64,000 nucleotides of DNA from a virus (taxonomy: Duplodnaviria; Caudoviricetes): the IMG/VR virus record IMGVR_UViG_3300037721_000043, positions 4,162-68,161 of that record; one strand, given 5' to 3'. Made by a program: the position numbers and the translations under genes. Shown here in pieces: positions 48,882 through 59,033 of this stretch. The first letter of the stretch is position 1. Every line of letters starts with the position of its first letter. The notes beneath the pieces are model-generated. The model was not told where the DNA came from. It was given only the letters and a program-made list of their open reading frames with translations, and did no database searches.

Positions 48882-49318
48882 CATGTCCGGATAACACACC
48901 GCGCCGCGATCCGCATCGGCTGTGCGGCATAACTCAAAACCTCGTGCGCCGAAACGTGCCACACCTCCACCAGGTGATCCCGAAAAAACTCCCTGATCCG
49001 CTCCTCCTTCTCCGGCTCCACCAAACTTGTGTCCACTATCTCTATCAGTAAGATCGGCGTTCCTTTATGAAACACACATATGTCCGGCACAAACAACCAC
49101 GGCCCCCGGTGCGTCTCCATAAACTCAAAATAATACGGGCTCGAATCCCGATGAAACGGCAACTCAACATGCACCCCATAGTTCCCCCGGGTCCACACAA
49201 ACGGCTCAATCATCGCCGCGCCAGCCTCCACCTCCATCAGCCACGACGCCAATTTTAGCTTCGCCTCCAGATGAACCGCTCCCTCCCGGGGCACAAATGG
49301 CCGTTTTGTTTCAGTCAT
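48881..49318 (-). CDS. PD-(D/E)XK (CoiA-like) nuclease domain protein
   Basis: H..AK..L, E.PF, VPDI.V......LIEI..T; start re-called at MTETK. Confidence 0.6.
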   Translation of the reverse strand: MTETKRPFVPREGAVHLEAKLKLASWLMEVEAGAAMIEPFVWTRGNYGVHVELPFHRDSSPYYFEFMETHRGPWLFVPDICVFHKGTPILLIEIVDTSLVEPEKEERIREFFRDHLVEVWHVSAHEVLSYAAQPMRIAARCVIRT

Positions 49319-49353
49319 TACACAAAGATAAATCATCCCAGAAACACACCAAA

Positions 49354-49651
49354 TGTTACAAAAGTTACGCGTAAAAAACTTAATGTAACACTTCCTGTTA
49401 CACTATGTTACGCATTGATACACTGTAAGTTACATAGCGTTGTTACGGTGTTACAGCATTTTTCGATTTTTATTCGTTGACGTATAAAATCACCAAAAAC
49501 ATGATATAATACCATATATATTTAATATATTATTTTTAAATAAATAAATTATCTAAAAAAAGTGTAACACTGTAACATTGTGAGAAATTGAGCTGGAATC
49601 GCATAAAAAACGTTACACTTTGAACTGTAACAGTACTGTAACACTGTAACA
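49354..49651. repeat. Candidate replication origin: about 14 GTTAC/GTAAC iterons flanking an AT-rich core
   Basis: Repeats in both orientations; AT-rich 49495-49560; beside the primase-helicase; GC-skew inversion nearby. Confidence 0.65.
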
Positions 49652-49697
49652 AGCCATTTTCTTGACTTTCTCAACACTTTACCCGACCTTTACCAAC

Positions 49698-49967
49698 ATG
49701 ATCATCCCTAACTGCCTAACTCCAGGGGAAGCCGAACTCTTCGTAGCCCCCAACGTCCAGGAAGCAATCCACTTGCTCGACCTGATACCAGTCCCATCCA
49801 AATCCTTCAAAACCAATCTGGCCGTTGACTCCCGCATATCCACGTGGCTCGCTGAGGCCCCAAATAGCCCCACTGCAGTGATATCTGCCCCCAGGACCAT
49901 ACTCGACATGTGGGCTACGCCGATCGTCGATCCTGGAGCCTTTAACGCAGCCAAATGCCCGTTCTGA
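49698..49967 (+). CDS. Possible hypothetical protein
   Basis: MIIPNCLTPGEAE...; competing antisense ORFs, uncertain. Confidence 0.3.
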   Translation: MIIPNCLTPGEAELFVAPNVQEAIHLLDLIPVPSKSFKTNLAVDSRISTWLAEAPNSPTAVISAPRTILDMWATPIVDPGAFNAAKCPF

Positions 49968-50341
49968 TGAAGAAGACTCTCGCATATGTGATCGCTTCTG
50001 GGTTATCTACCGTTCTCTGGTGCCTTGCCCTGCATAGTTGTGCTATGGCGCCAGGCGCCCCGAACCCCCCGGGTCTATCCCAAATTGGGACATCGAAACT
50101 TTCGACCCCCACCCCCTCGACTTTCGCAATGCCAAAATGTCAGCATAAATGCTTTGTCCAGAATTGGGACACAGCTGAAACTAATTCCTGGTTTGGCTCA
50201 TCTCAAATCACCGCAACGAAATGGGTAAATACCATAGAATCTACTGAGTTGGAGAAAACACAACTAAAAAATATTTGTTGTATAATTTATCATATGACAA
50301 TAGTCGATTGTATGTTATGTAACATTCCATTATCTTTCGAA

Positions 50342-50992
50342 ATGATTGAAAATAGAAACATTGGGGATTACATTGAGCTCCAGAAAGGGGAGCAATGGCG
50401 GCCTGTAGTACAGTGTCCAGAGCATTATTCAGTAAGCTCTTTCGGCCGAATATTTAGCTGGAAATCCAAGTTCCAATATAACTACAAACCTATCGGGTTA
50501 TTAAAAACAGGGAAACACAGCCTTGGATATTGTGTCGTATCACTTGATTATCAGGCACCTACAAAATTACATCGTGTTGTGGCGCTAGCCTTCATTCCAA
50601 ACCCTGATAACAAGCCTGAAGTTAATCACATCGATCACAATAAGCAAAACAATCGCGTCGATAATCTCGAATGGGTCACACATTCAGAGAATATTCAGGC
50701 ATCATACACTGGTGGATTTAGGGTTTCAAAGCGAGGCGATAAGCATCATAGATACGGTAAAACTATTCCTGAAAGTGCCAGATCTGCGATGTCAGAGGCT
50801 AAAATGGGTGAGAATCATCCCAAATTCAAGGGTTGGTACATTATTGACGAAACCAAATATTCTTCTGCTAACCAGGCAGCGAAGGCATTAGGCATTCATC
50901 CGATTATGGTCAGCCGGAGAGCTGTTGATGATCGTTTCCCAAATTGGGAATTTGTGCCAAAAGAAGACAAAACACCAATTTTAGACGCATGA
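50342..50992 (+). CDS. NUMOD4-HNH-NUMOD3 homing endonuclease
   Basis: EQWRPV...YSVSSFGRI, HRVVA.AFIPNP.NKPEVNHID.NK.NN...NLEWVT.SEN, G..HP/H.RYGK; start re-called at 50342. Confidence 0.9.
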   Translation: MIENRNIGDYIELQKGEQWRPVVQCPEHYSVSSFGRIFSWKSKFQYNYKPIGLLKTGKHSLGYCVVSLDYQAPTKLHRVVALAFIPNPDNKPEVNHIDHNKQNNRVDNLEWVTHSENIQASYTGGFRVSKRGDKHHRYGKTIPESARSAMSEAKMGENHPKFKGWYIIDETKYSSANQAAKALGIHPIMVSRRAVDDRFPNWEFVPKEDKTPILDA

Positions 50993-51086
50993 AAGTGTTT
51001 TATAACGCTGTATGGTTGGCCTTCACGGACAGGCACGCCAATGTGGCCAAAATGCCCCTATGAGGGGGTTAAATAATAACGAGATT

Positions 51087-51527
51087 ATGCAACCATTCAG
51101 TTACAGGTTGTATGAATATATGCGCAGGCGCGCTGCATTCCCATTATTACAGCGCTATGGTATCAATCGTTATGAGTTATGGTTATTGGTTCAATTGAGT
51201 GCTCATTTACAATACGAGGATAAGGTCATATCTAGCACCGAGCGATTTTTAGAGACTATTACAGGCAATCAGCGTGAGCAGGCTAAGATGCGTGGTTATT
51301 ATCATGGTTTGTTGACTAAGAAATTTATTGGTGCCTTTGAGTATATCAGATATCCAGGCAGTGAGAGTTGCGGTATTAGTGATTTAGGTGTTAGGGTATT
51401 AGAGGAATATGATAAGTGTATTACTGGTCTTATGCTTAAGTTTCAGCCGTCAGAAAATCGTTTAGGTCGTGTTGTATCCTTCACACAAGAACCACCAAAG
51501 GGGACGTATTTTGCCAAGTCTGCCTAA
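51087..51527 (+). CDS. Hypothetical (winged-helix-like) protein
   Basis: Start re-called at MQPFSY; ...L..K.FI...Y....ISDLG..VL pattern. Confidence 0.5.
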   Translation: MQPFSYRLYEYMRRRAAFPLLQRYGINRYELWLLVQLSAHLQYEDKVISSTERFLETITGNQREQAKMRGYYHGLLTKKFIGAFEYIRYPGSESCGISDLGVRVLEEYDKCITGLMLKFQPSENRLGRVVSFTQEPPKGTYFAKSA

Positions 51528-51558
51528 CATTATGTTAAATAGGTATTTGTGAGAGCAT

Positions 51559-51585
51559 AAAAAAAGCCGGTGATTAGCCGGCTTT
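51559..51585. terminator. Terminator between convergent genes
   Basis: AAAGCCGG-7nt-CCGGCTTT with A-tract. Confidence 0.75.
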
Positions 51586-51591
51586 GGTGTT

Positions 51592-51983
51592 TTATATCTC
51601 AGGCCATTGTATATCTGTTTTGCCTCCTGGTAGTGAGACTACGTTGTATGAGGCTTTCTTAAGCGCCTCATATTTTTTAGCGTTTGGTTTACCTGTGAGT
51701 ACGATGAAGTTTGTGTATTCGGCGGCTTGCTCGATCATTTGGGAGATCTGATCGAGTTCCAGGTCATTGATATCTTCGGAGGGGTAATTGTCACGGTCGC
51801 GGAGTTCGGCTGCTTCAAATGCTGTGATGAGCTTCATAGTGATGATTAGTTTAGGTCCAGTGTTAATTCTTTCCCAAAGTCGATGCAGTAATGCACTTGT
51901 GTTTTGGCTTCGTTGTACCAGATCGCGGTTACGGTCTTGCCGGTGAGTCCCTCGATGATTTTGATAGTTTGGATGAGTGTCAT
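51592..51983 (-). other. Two small leftward ORFs (51592-51837, 51846-51983)
   Basis: Second translated manually: MTLIQTIKIIEG...LDLN. Confidence 0.5.
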
Positions 51984-52000
51984 AATGGTTTAATGTTTAA

Positions 52001-52072
52001 TTGATGATTCAAAGGTCACAAACATTGCAAGATATTCCAAGTGTTTTATAAAATATATTTTCTATATTTGTT
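52001..52072. promoter_or_regulatory. Second divergent promoter cassette
   Basis: Shares TTGATGATTCAAAG-N23-CAAGT with 40728; rightward TATATTTG at 52063-52070. Confidence 0.55.
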
Positions 52073-52093
52073 CTCACTAAACGAGATACAAGT

Positions 52094-54237
52094 ATGGAGA
52101 CATTCAAATTAACTTTGGCATACACATTTGTGGGGGATCACGCTGAATGCCGGCGTGTATATGAGGAATCGGAGCGATTTAAGAAGGATTTTAAGTACTT
52201 TGATTGGGTTGAGTTTAGCATTGATCCGGTGACTATTGAGCCATTTGAATCGCCTGCTGAAGAGCCGGCGGACATCCTTACGGAGGACTATTTGAATGTG
52301 TTAGGCTGGCATCTGCAAAAGATAGACGGCATTCACAATGAATACACTAAGGTGACGGGAGACAGGCAAGAGCGATTGTTGTTCAGTGTGTGGCGTGATC
52401 AGGGTATATTAGCTGCCATAATCCATCAAACCGGTGAGTCATTACCGCGTGGTGTATTCTCTGGCCGGATCGACAGCCGCGACACATTCGAGATCATCTT
52501 AAATTGCGTAGCATGACCAGAGAGGAGCTAATAGAGGAGCTTAATAAAGCTATTGCCCATGGTGATTATGGGGGATTCTATGCATGGGGTAACGGCATTC
52601 GGTGGAGCTACACTAAAAAGGATGGCGCTACAACAGTGGATGTTATCCGTGTGGTGTTCCAGGCGTTCAATAGTATATCCAGTGATAATGTTGTGATGAA
52701 TCCTATACGTCATGATGGTGATGAGATCTCTGTATATATGGGACTTAAAAACGATATTTGGTAATATGACAACAGACAAACAAGATAGCCCGAATGAGTC
52801 GGGGCCATATATGGTATCTGATTTTGATAGTAACATATGGACCCCGGCAACATATGATGCAGCCGCAAATATTTGGATGCAATACTCTCCGTTCAGTGGG
52901 GGTAATGGATGGTATGAGATCAGCGCTCCGGATAAATGGATGAAATGTCAATGATAGTACCATCAAAAAACATTTTAAAGCCTGGCGCGGTATTGACTGT
53001 TCGAATTATTGATTTCAGTGATCCGGACGTGATTGACTTTGTAAAGCGTGCGCGTGCCGCCCAGAAGGCTATTCTAAAGCACAAAATAGTATCAAATGAG
53101 ACTTTAAAGCAAGTGATTACAATATGACAACACACGACCTACTACAGAGGCTTAACGATTACAATCTACCTGGCAAGTTCACCCAGCAGGGTGACCGCAT
53201 TGACTGGTATTGGTGTCTATCGAATACCACAGAGGACAGTAAAGCCGATCAGGAGGAGTTGAGTGATAACCGGCGGCATGTAATGGAGCAAATAGATCAG
53301 TTACTGGGGCATTACGTGGAGATGATTGATATATAGCAGGACCACGACAGCTGCGGGTTTATGGTGATCTTGAAGGACTTCATTGCCAAGTATAACGGGG
53401 TATTGTTTAAACTGCAGTCTGGTGTCTTCCCTGGGATCTTTGAGATTAAGGAGGACCGGATCCGGTGGTTCTATTTGGCTTCATATATTGATGCTATGCG
53501 TGTGGAGGACCTGATCACGGTCCAGGATGAGGCGTTGCGGTATGTAATACGGACTATTGGCGACTTCCGGCTGAAAGAGATCGGGCATGAGCATGATCGG
53601 TGTTGGTTTGAATTTGAGGTTATATGAGTGACACAAAATGGCGGGTCCTATGCCCTGCGCTACATTTAGCTATCCCTGGGTACTGGCCTGATATGCCGCC
53701 GGAGAATCCAGGTATTACCATCTCTGGCTACGATTACAATCAGTGTCTGGCTATTGCGGTATTGGCGGATGTGTTTAAGTGGGATGTTGTTACGTTTGGA
53801 TGGCTGACCAGCACAAACCGGTTTGTTGACAGTAAGGATGCCTGTATTATTGCGTTACGTGCTGGTCAGATCAAAACATGTCCGGATAGTGGATGGCTGT
53901 ACCCTCATGAATTCTATGATAATTTAGGATGAGCGACGAGATAGACAAAATTCAGAAGGCTGTCGATGTGATGCACTCCGTGTGTATTTCAGAGAAGTTG
54001 AGCTACACGATTGAATTTGTGCCCACTAAAAAAATGTACCGCATGCGGTTTATGGGTAAAAGCTGGCTTAATGAAAGCATGTTCGAGGTATACAAAGAGG
54101 CTATTATGCTGATTGCGGCGGTCTATGGCATCAAGAACCAGAGAAAAGAAGAGCCTAAAAATGGAATACGGCCAACAGCATCTGATTCAGATATGTCCAC
54201 AGTGATCACAATCGACTTTGATGATATTTTAATTTAG
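52094..54237 (+). other. Cluster of 8 small hypothetical ORFs
   Basis: 52094-52516, 52513-52764, 52766-52954, 52936-53127, 53124-53336, 53361-53627, 53624-53932, 53929-54237; mostly ATGA-coupled. Confidence 0.55.
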
Positions 54238-54317
54238 TATTTCACCACCATTCCTAAATAATTTTATCTCTGTAAATCAACCACTTACGATTTACTATGA
54301 AATATATTTGCCTTAAT

Positions 54318-54351
54318 ACTTGCAATATCGTACAAGTATGCGCTATCTTTG
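54318..54351 (+). promoter_or_regulatory. Bacteroidetes sigma70-type promoter
   Basis: CTTG-N21-TATCTTTG upstream of the ATG at 54384. Confidence 0.6.
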
Positions 54352-54383
54352 TATCACACAAACGGAATAAACCATTACAGAAT

Positions 54384-56505
54384 ATGAAAACTACAGACAT
54401 CACCCTGACCCGCATCAACAACGACGTAAACGGTAACCCCCGCTACGTGGCGGGCTTCCTGAACTTCATCACACCGAAAGACAAAGGCGACATATCTGAT
54501 AAATATGACCTGGCGGTAAAGCGTGCTAAGGCCATTGGCGGTAAGAAGTACCATAACAAGACATACGGCGGCGGCATCGTGTTCCAGTCGTATAACACCA
54601 ACGACCTGTTAAAGTCTATTGTCGACATGTACAAAGAAAATTCGAAATAAGCCATGGAAACCTTCACAGTAAACGACCCCACGGGGGTCTATATGTTCGC
54701 CGGCAACGAGGCGGAGGCCTGGGACGCATACACCTCTGACCCACTGTCATATTTAGAGCTCATGACCTGGTTTGATTGGTGTGTGAGGAATTTGGAGCAG
54801 GTGATATTGTACGTTTAAATAAAAATATATGGCTAAAACGATAGAAGATATAAATCCTGATTTGAAGGATGTATTCAAACACTTCCAAGCGCTAGGATGG
54901 AAACAACCAAAAGATGGGTTCCCGGACCGGTTTGTACTTGAGCATCCTACAACTGGGCATTACCTAGAAGTGCTGAATTTCCCATCTGATTACGTAGCCG
55001 TGATTAACAAATCAGGGACAACTATACTCGGTGCAGGTGTGACAGTAGACGAGATAAACAAAAATTACAAATGCGCCTGAACCTATCCATAGCCTCCATC
55101 ATCGCCATAACGATCGCATTAAGCATGTATATATTAATCCATTAACCTATGCCCAGCGGAATACCAGATAAGCGCAAAAAGACACCGCAGCAACTAGCGG
55201 CAGCGGTAGCTGCTGGCGAGGTCACACACACCATTGATGGCACCACATTGATAGGCCTGTATCAAAGCAAGGACGGTCTCTATCGTGGCCAGTGTTACGA
55301 TAAGGATACTGATACTATGAAATGGCGTGTATGGGGCACTGATGGCAGCACGACGGAAGGTATACCAGTTGGGTTGTCATTATGTACAACATCGGCTGCC
55401 CAAAGGAGAGAATGGAACGACAGAACCAAAAATAAAAAACCATGACCATACCAGAGTACGCCGCCAAACTATGGGCGGACAAGATCTCCAAGCTTATGTA
55501 TGATCCAAAAATCAAAAGCCAGGCAGATAAAATAGAAAAGTTCAAAATCTTGCTCCAGCGCTACACTGAGATAGGTATTACAGGTAAGCACAAATGCTAC
55601 GTAATCTTTACGGATTATCATGCCGGGACTGATTTAGAGGGAATTTGTATTGCTGCTGATCTTGAATCTGAGGCTTTGCCTATACAATCCTACATGCAGG
55701 TATACCCCGACAAAATACAATACAAATTCGGCTACGGCCAACCGATTCAAACCATCACTTTAGAAGAAATACAAAAATCATGACCATCGGCACACGCGTA
55801 TACAAACAAGGCTCGCCAAGCGATTACACAGCCGGCAGGCAGGGGGTAATAGTCGACACGGGGCAAGGTGTAAGGCTAGATAAAGCCCTCGTTAAATGGG
55901 ACGAGAACGGCAAAGAAACATGGGTACAAATCGGTGGTTACCGCGGCGTCCATGAGATTACTGAAAATGGAGTTATGTCCCAAAATGGGAATGAGTTCCA
56001 TAAACAGGACGTACTTGCCAGTTCGGTACCAAAGAAATACGGCCGTGTAATAGTTCACCCGCGCGAGATCGACAAGGCTGCTGCGGAGCTGGCCGGATCC
56101 AAAGGCAACAAATCCTAATTTTATGCAAACTAATTCCGGAAAAGACGTGTGGACTATCACTGCTAAAAACCCTCCGCTTTATTCAGGTTTTTACGATGTG
56201 GGAGGTTCTGATTATCGAAGACTGTACTACCATGGCACTTTAAGGAAGTGGTATGCAACAGTCGGAGGTGAAGGTACAATGGAGGTAAAAGCACCAATAA
56301 CATGGAAGTACGGAGATTCCACTACCGCATCATAAACACCCACGGTACCATTGTGGCGACCTCTGAAGGTGTTAGCAAGAAGCCATACAATACTCGGGTG
56401 GAGGCTAAGAAGGCTGGTGAGCGGGCGTTGTTGATATTGGGTATAAGCACGAAGTCTAACAAGGTAACAGTGATCCCGGGAGAAGCACCCGACTTTAACC
56501 ATTGA
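54384..56505 (+). other. Cluster of 8 small hypothetical ORFs
   Basis: 54384-54650, 54654-54818, 54829-55080, 55149-55445, 55442-55783, 55780-56118, 56123-56335, 56302-56505. Confidence 0.55.
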
Positions 56506-56526
56506 AGAACTTAACCGACTTTTATA

Positions 56527-56802
56527 ATGAAAGAACACGTATTAAAAACACACCCTGAATACTTCAAAGCAATTGTAGACGGAACGAAAACATTCGAATG
56601 TAAGAAAAACGACCGCGACTTTAAGGTTGGGGACATTCTTGAACTTAAAGAATACGATCCTAAAAACGATTACTACTCTGGTAAAATTGAGTACGTACGC
56701 GTAACGTACATACCCTTACTATGGAGTTCAACCTGGATATGTAGTGATGGCAATAAAGCCAGTAGATTGGTAACGATAGAGGAACTAAACAAGCTATTGT
56801 AA
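56527..56802 (+). CDS. DUF3850/ASCH-family protein with a frameshifted C-terminus
   Basis: H.LK..PEYF.AI..G.KTFE...NDRDFKVGD.L.LKEY; the family-like end YGVQPGYVVMAIK lies in the +1 frame. Confidence 0.75.
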   Translation: MKEHVLKTHPEYFKAIVDGTKTFECKKNDRDFKVGDILELKEYDPKNDYYSGKIEYVRVTYIPLLWSSTWICSDGNKASRLVTIEELNKLL

Positions 56803-56999
56803 TGAAAAAATATAGGGTGATATACCGAGACCAAAAGCGGTCACCAAGCGACACGCCGCGCAAATGGGAAGTGATTGAAGAAGTAAAAGAAGGCGAAACG
56901 ATCGATTCTAAAATCAATCGTTACCTGTCAATTCAGAACGCTGGCGAAATGAAAAGTGACCGGATAAAGTATGTTAGTCACACTAAAATAAGTGGATAG
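56802..56999 (+). CDS. Hypothetical protein
   Basis: 65 aa, TAATG-coupled. Confidence 0.55.
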   Translation: MKKYRVIYRDQKRSPSDTPRKWEVIEEVKEGETIDSKINRYLSIQNAGEMKSDRIKYVSHTKISG

Positions 57000-57021
57000 A
57001 GGAACTTAATAGATTACTGTA

Positions 57022-57627
57022 ATGAAGAAACTTTTGGTACTTGTTGGATGCGAGGAATCGCAAGAGGTTTGTAAGGCTTTCCGAGCACGTGGGCATGAGG
57101 CGTATAGCTGCGACATTCAGGAGTGCAGCGGAGGACACCCGGAGTGGCACATACAGGGAGATATTTTCGATGCGATCGAGTCAAGAAAATGGGACATGCT
57201 TATAGCCTTCCCGCCATGTCAGAAACTAAGCAAAGCCGGTGCGGCGAACTGGAAAAGACCAGGTTGGAAAGAAAAGCAAATGGACGCTATGAAGTTCGCC
57301 CACGCGCTAATGTATTGTGAAGAAATAGAATGTATAGCGATTGAAAACCCCGTTGGGAAACTGAATACATCGGTTCGGAAACCAGACCAGAGAATACAGC
57401 CTTGGCACTTTGGGAATCCATATACAAAGGAAACATGCCTTTGGTTAAAGAACCTTCCGCCATTGGTCGCAACTGACATCGTTACCCCAATAGCCAACTG
57501 GGTAAAGCCTGGGAACAAACGTAATCGAAGGTTCAACGACGTTAAGGAAGGAGCAGGAGGTGACGTAAAAGTAAGATCAAAGACCTTCCCCGGAATCGCC
57601 CGAGCTATGGCCGAACAATGGGGATAA
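57022..57627 (+). CDS. Short orphan C5 cytosine DNA methyltransferase
   Basis: LVGCEESQ.V..AF...GHEA.SCD, AFPPC catalytic motif, IENPVG, RSKTFPGIA.AMA.QWG. Confidence 0.85.
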   Translation: MKKLLVLVGCEESQEVCKAFRARGHEAYSCDIQECSGGHPEWHIQGDIFDAIESRKWDMLIAFPPCQKLSKAGAANWKRPGWKEKQMDAMKFAHALMYCEEIECIAIENPVGKLNTSVRKPDQRIQPWHFGNPYTKETCLWLKNLPPLVATDIVTPIANWVKPGNKRNRRFNDVKEGAGGDVKVRSKTFPGIARAMAEQWG

Positions 57628-57653
57628 AACAAAACAGATAAAACACAAACACT

Positions 57654-58750
57654 ATGACCGAAGAACAAAAGAAAGCCATCGATCAAATAGCGATCGTATT
57701 TAGAGACCTGAATGGTTTCGAAGTAACGGGCGTGACTGACGGATTTTGCATCATTATTGACCTTACAGGTGACCAGAAAGCGCAAATTTCTGAACAGATG
57801 AACAGAGGTCGCGTACATATCCAATCCATACACCCCGTATTATTATGACAACCGAGCAAAAGACCGCCATCGACGCCTGCAAGGATCAGGCAGCCGGTGA
57901 GCACTTAAACAAAGATGGATTTCCATTCCTGACGTACAAAGAAGCACGTCAACAGGTAGCCGGATTTATCAACGACGAGATAGTCGACCGCGCCATGCAG
58001 CTATACGGCGAGCAGTGCCGGAAGGAGGGGCACAAGCAAGGATGTATTGACACGGCGGCTATTTTAAAACCACTAACCGACCAGGCGTAACCCTGGATAT
58101 AAACGTATGGCAATAAGAATGCATCATAATGTACAGAAGGCCAAGAATTGGAACTCTGAACAACCTCAAGAAGAACATTTTTTTAATGAAAAAGGGAAGG
58201 ACCGGGAGACAGGATATGTGTCAAAATTCGGGACTAATAATAGATGGTTCCCGAATATACATCAAGCCAACAATTACGCAAATGGGTATCAGAATGGTAT
58301 CCGACTTGATGAGAATAAAATGACTCTTTGCGGTTGCTGTGGTGTTGCCATGGGGGTAGGAATGCAATGCGATTGTAAGCTTAAAAATGATTCGTATCGA
58401 GAAACACATAAAACCAGTCAGCCATGACCTTCGCAGAAGCAAAAGACCAGGTGGCCAAGAAACGCAATCTCAAAAACTGGGATGTGTTTGTTACCTCGCA
58501 AAACAATAACCCGAGCCAATTCCTAAACATCACCGAAGCGCTCGAAGAAGCAGGAAACATCCTCGAACAGCACGCCGCGAGCGTGAGGGAGGAAACGGAA
58601 CCTGTTCATTATTCATATCCAGTTTGTGAACAGGATGTTGCCGATCAAATACGGGATGTGTTTGATGAAAGGAATGACTTGCCTGAACAAATTGCAAAGC
58701 ACTTATTTAAAGGATTCAAGTTCGAAAAACTAACCGCCCCGGGGTGTTAA
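57654..58750 (+). other. Small ORFs 57654-57848, 57845-58090, 58107-58427, 58424-58750 (the last an MTFAEAKDQVA paralog)
   Basis: Coupled ORFs; junctions duplicated at 61605-62048. Confidence 0.6.
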
Positions 58751-58763
58751 CCGGAGAGAACGG

Positions 58764-58979
58764 ATGACCGACACACAAGTACTCCAAGAGCGAAAGAAGA
58801 TAGCCGAGCAGCTGAGGGGCTTACGCATTGAGCATGGCTACAGCCAGAAGGAGGTAGCGGATGCGATGGGGATCACACACGATACGATCAGCAAGATCGA
58901 GGCCGGCAAGTGGAATTTCGGGATTGACACGGTGATCAAGTACACTGGGGTGTTTAAAAGCAAGCCCAAGTTTGTATAA
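58764..58979 (+). CDS. XRE-family HTH regulator
   Basis: L..LR...G.SQ.EVA..MGI....ISKIE.GK.N. Confidence 0.9.
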   Translation: MTDTQVLQERKKIAEQLRGLRIEHGYSQKEVADAMGITHDTISKIEAGKWNFGIDTVIKYTGVFKSKPKFV

Positions 58980-59007
58980 AATATTTCCTACAATTCATTT
59001 GGATATA

Positions 59008-59023
59008 ACTAAAATATTTTAGT
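59008..59023. promoter_or_regulatory. Perfect operator copy ACTAAAATATTTTAGT
   Basis: Intergenic, just after the XRE gene. Confidence 0.65.
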
Positions 59024-59033
59024 ATTTAGGGGT

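Noticed and set aside
49955-50341. N-terminal 129 aa of the 345-aa HNH ORF
   Set aside because: It reads through C-tracts and palindromic non-coding DNA; the NUMOD4 domain begins after the ATG at 50342.
51513-51540. dif-like site (TTATGTTAAAT is an exact XerD arm)
   Set aside because: No XerC arm at the 6-bp spacing; a lone AT-rich 11-mer is plausible by chance.
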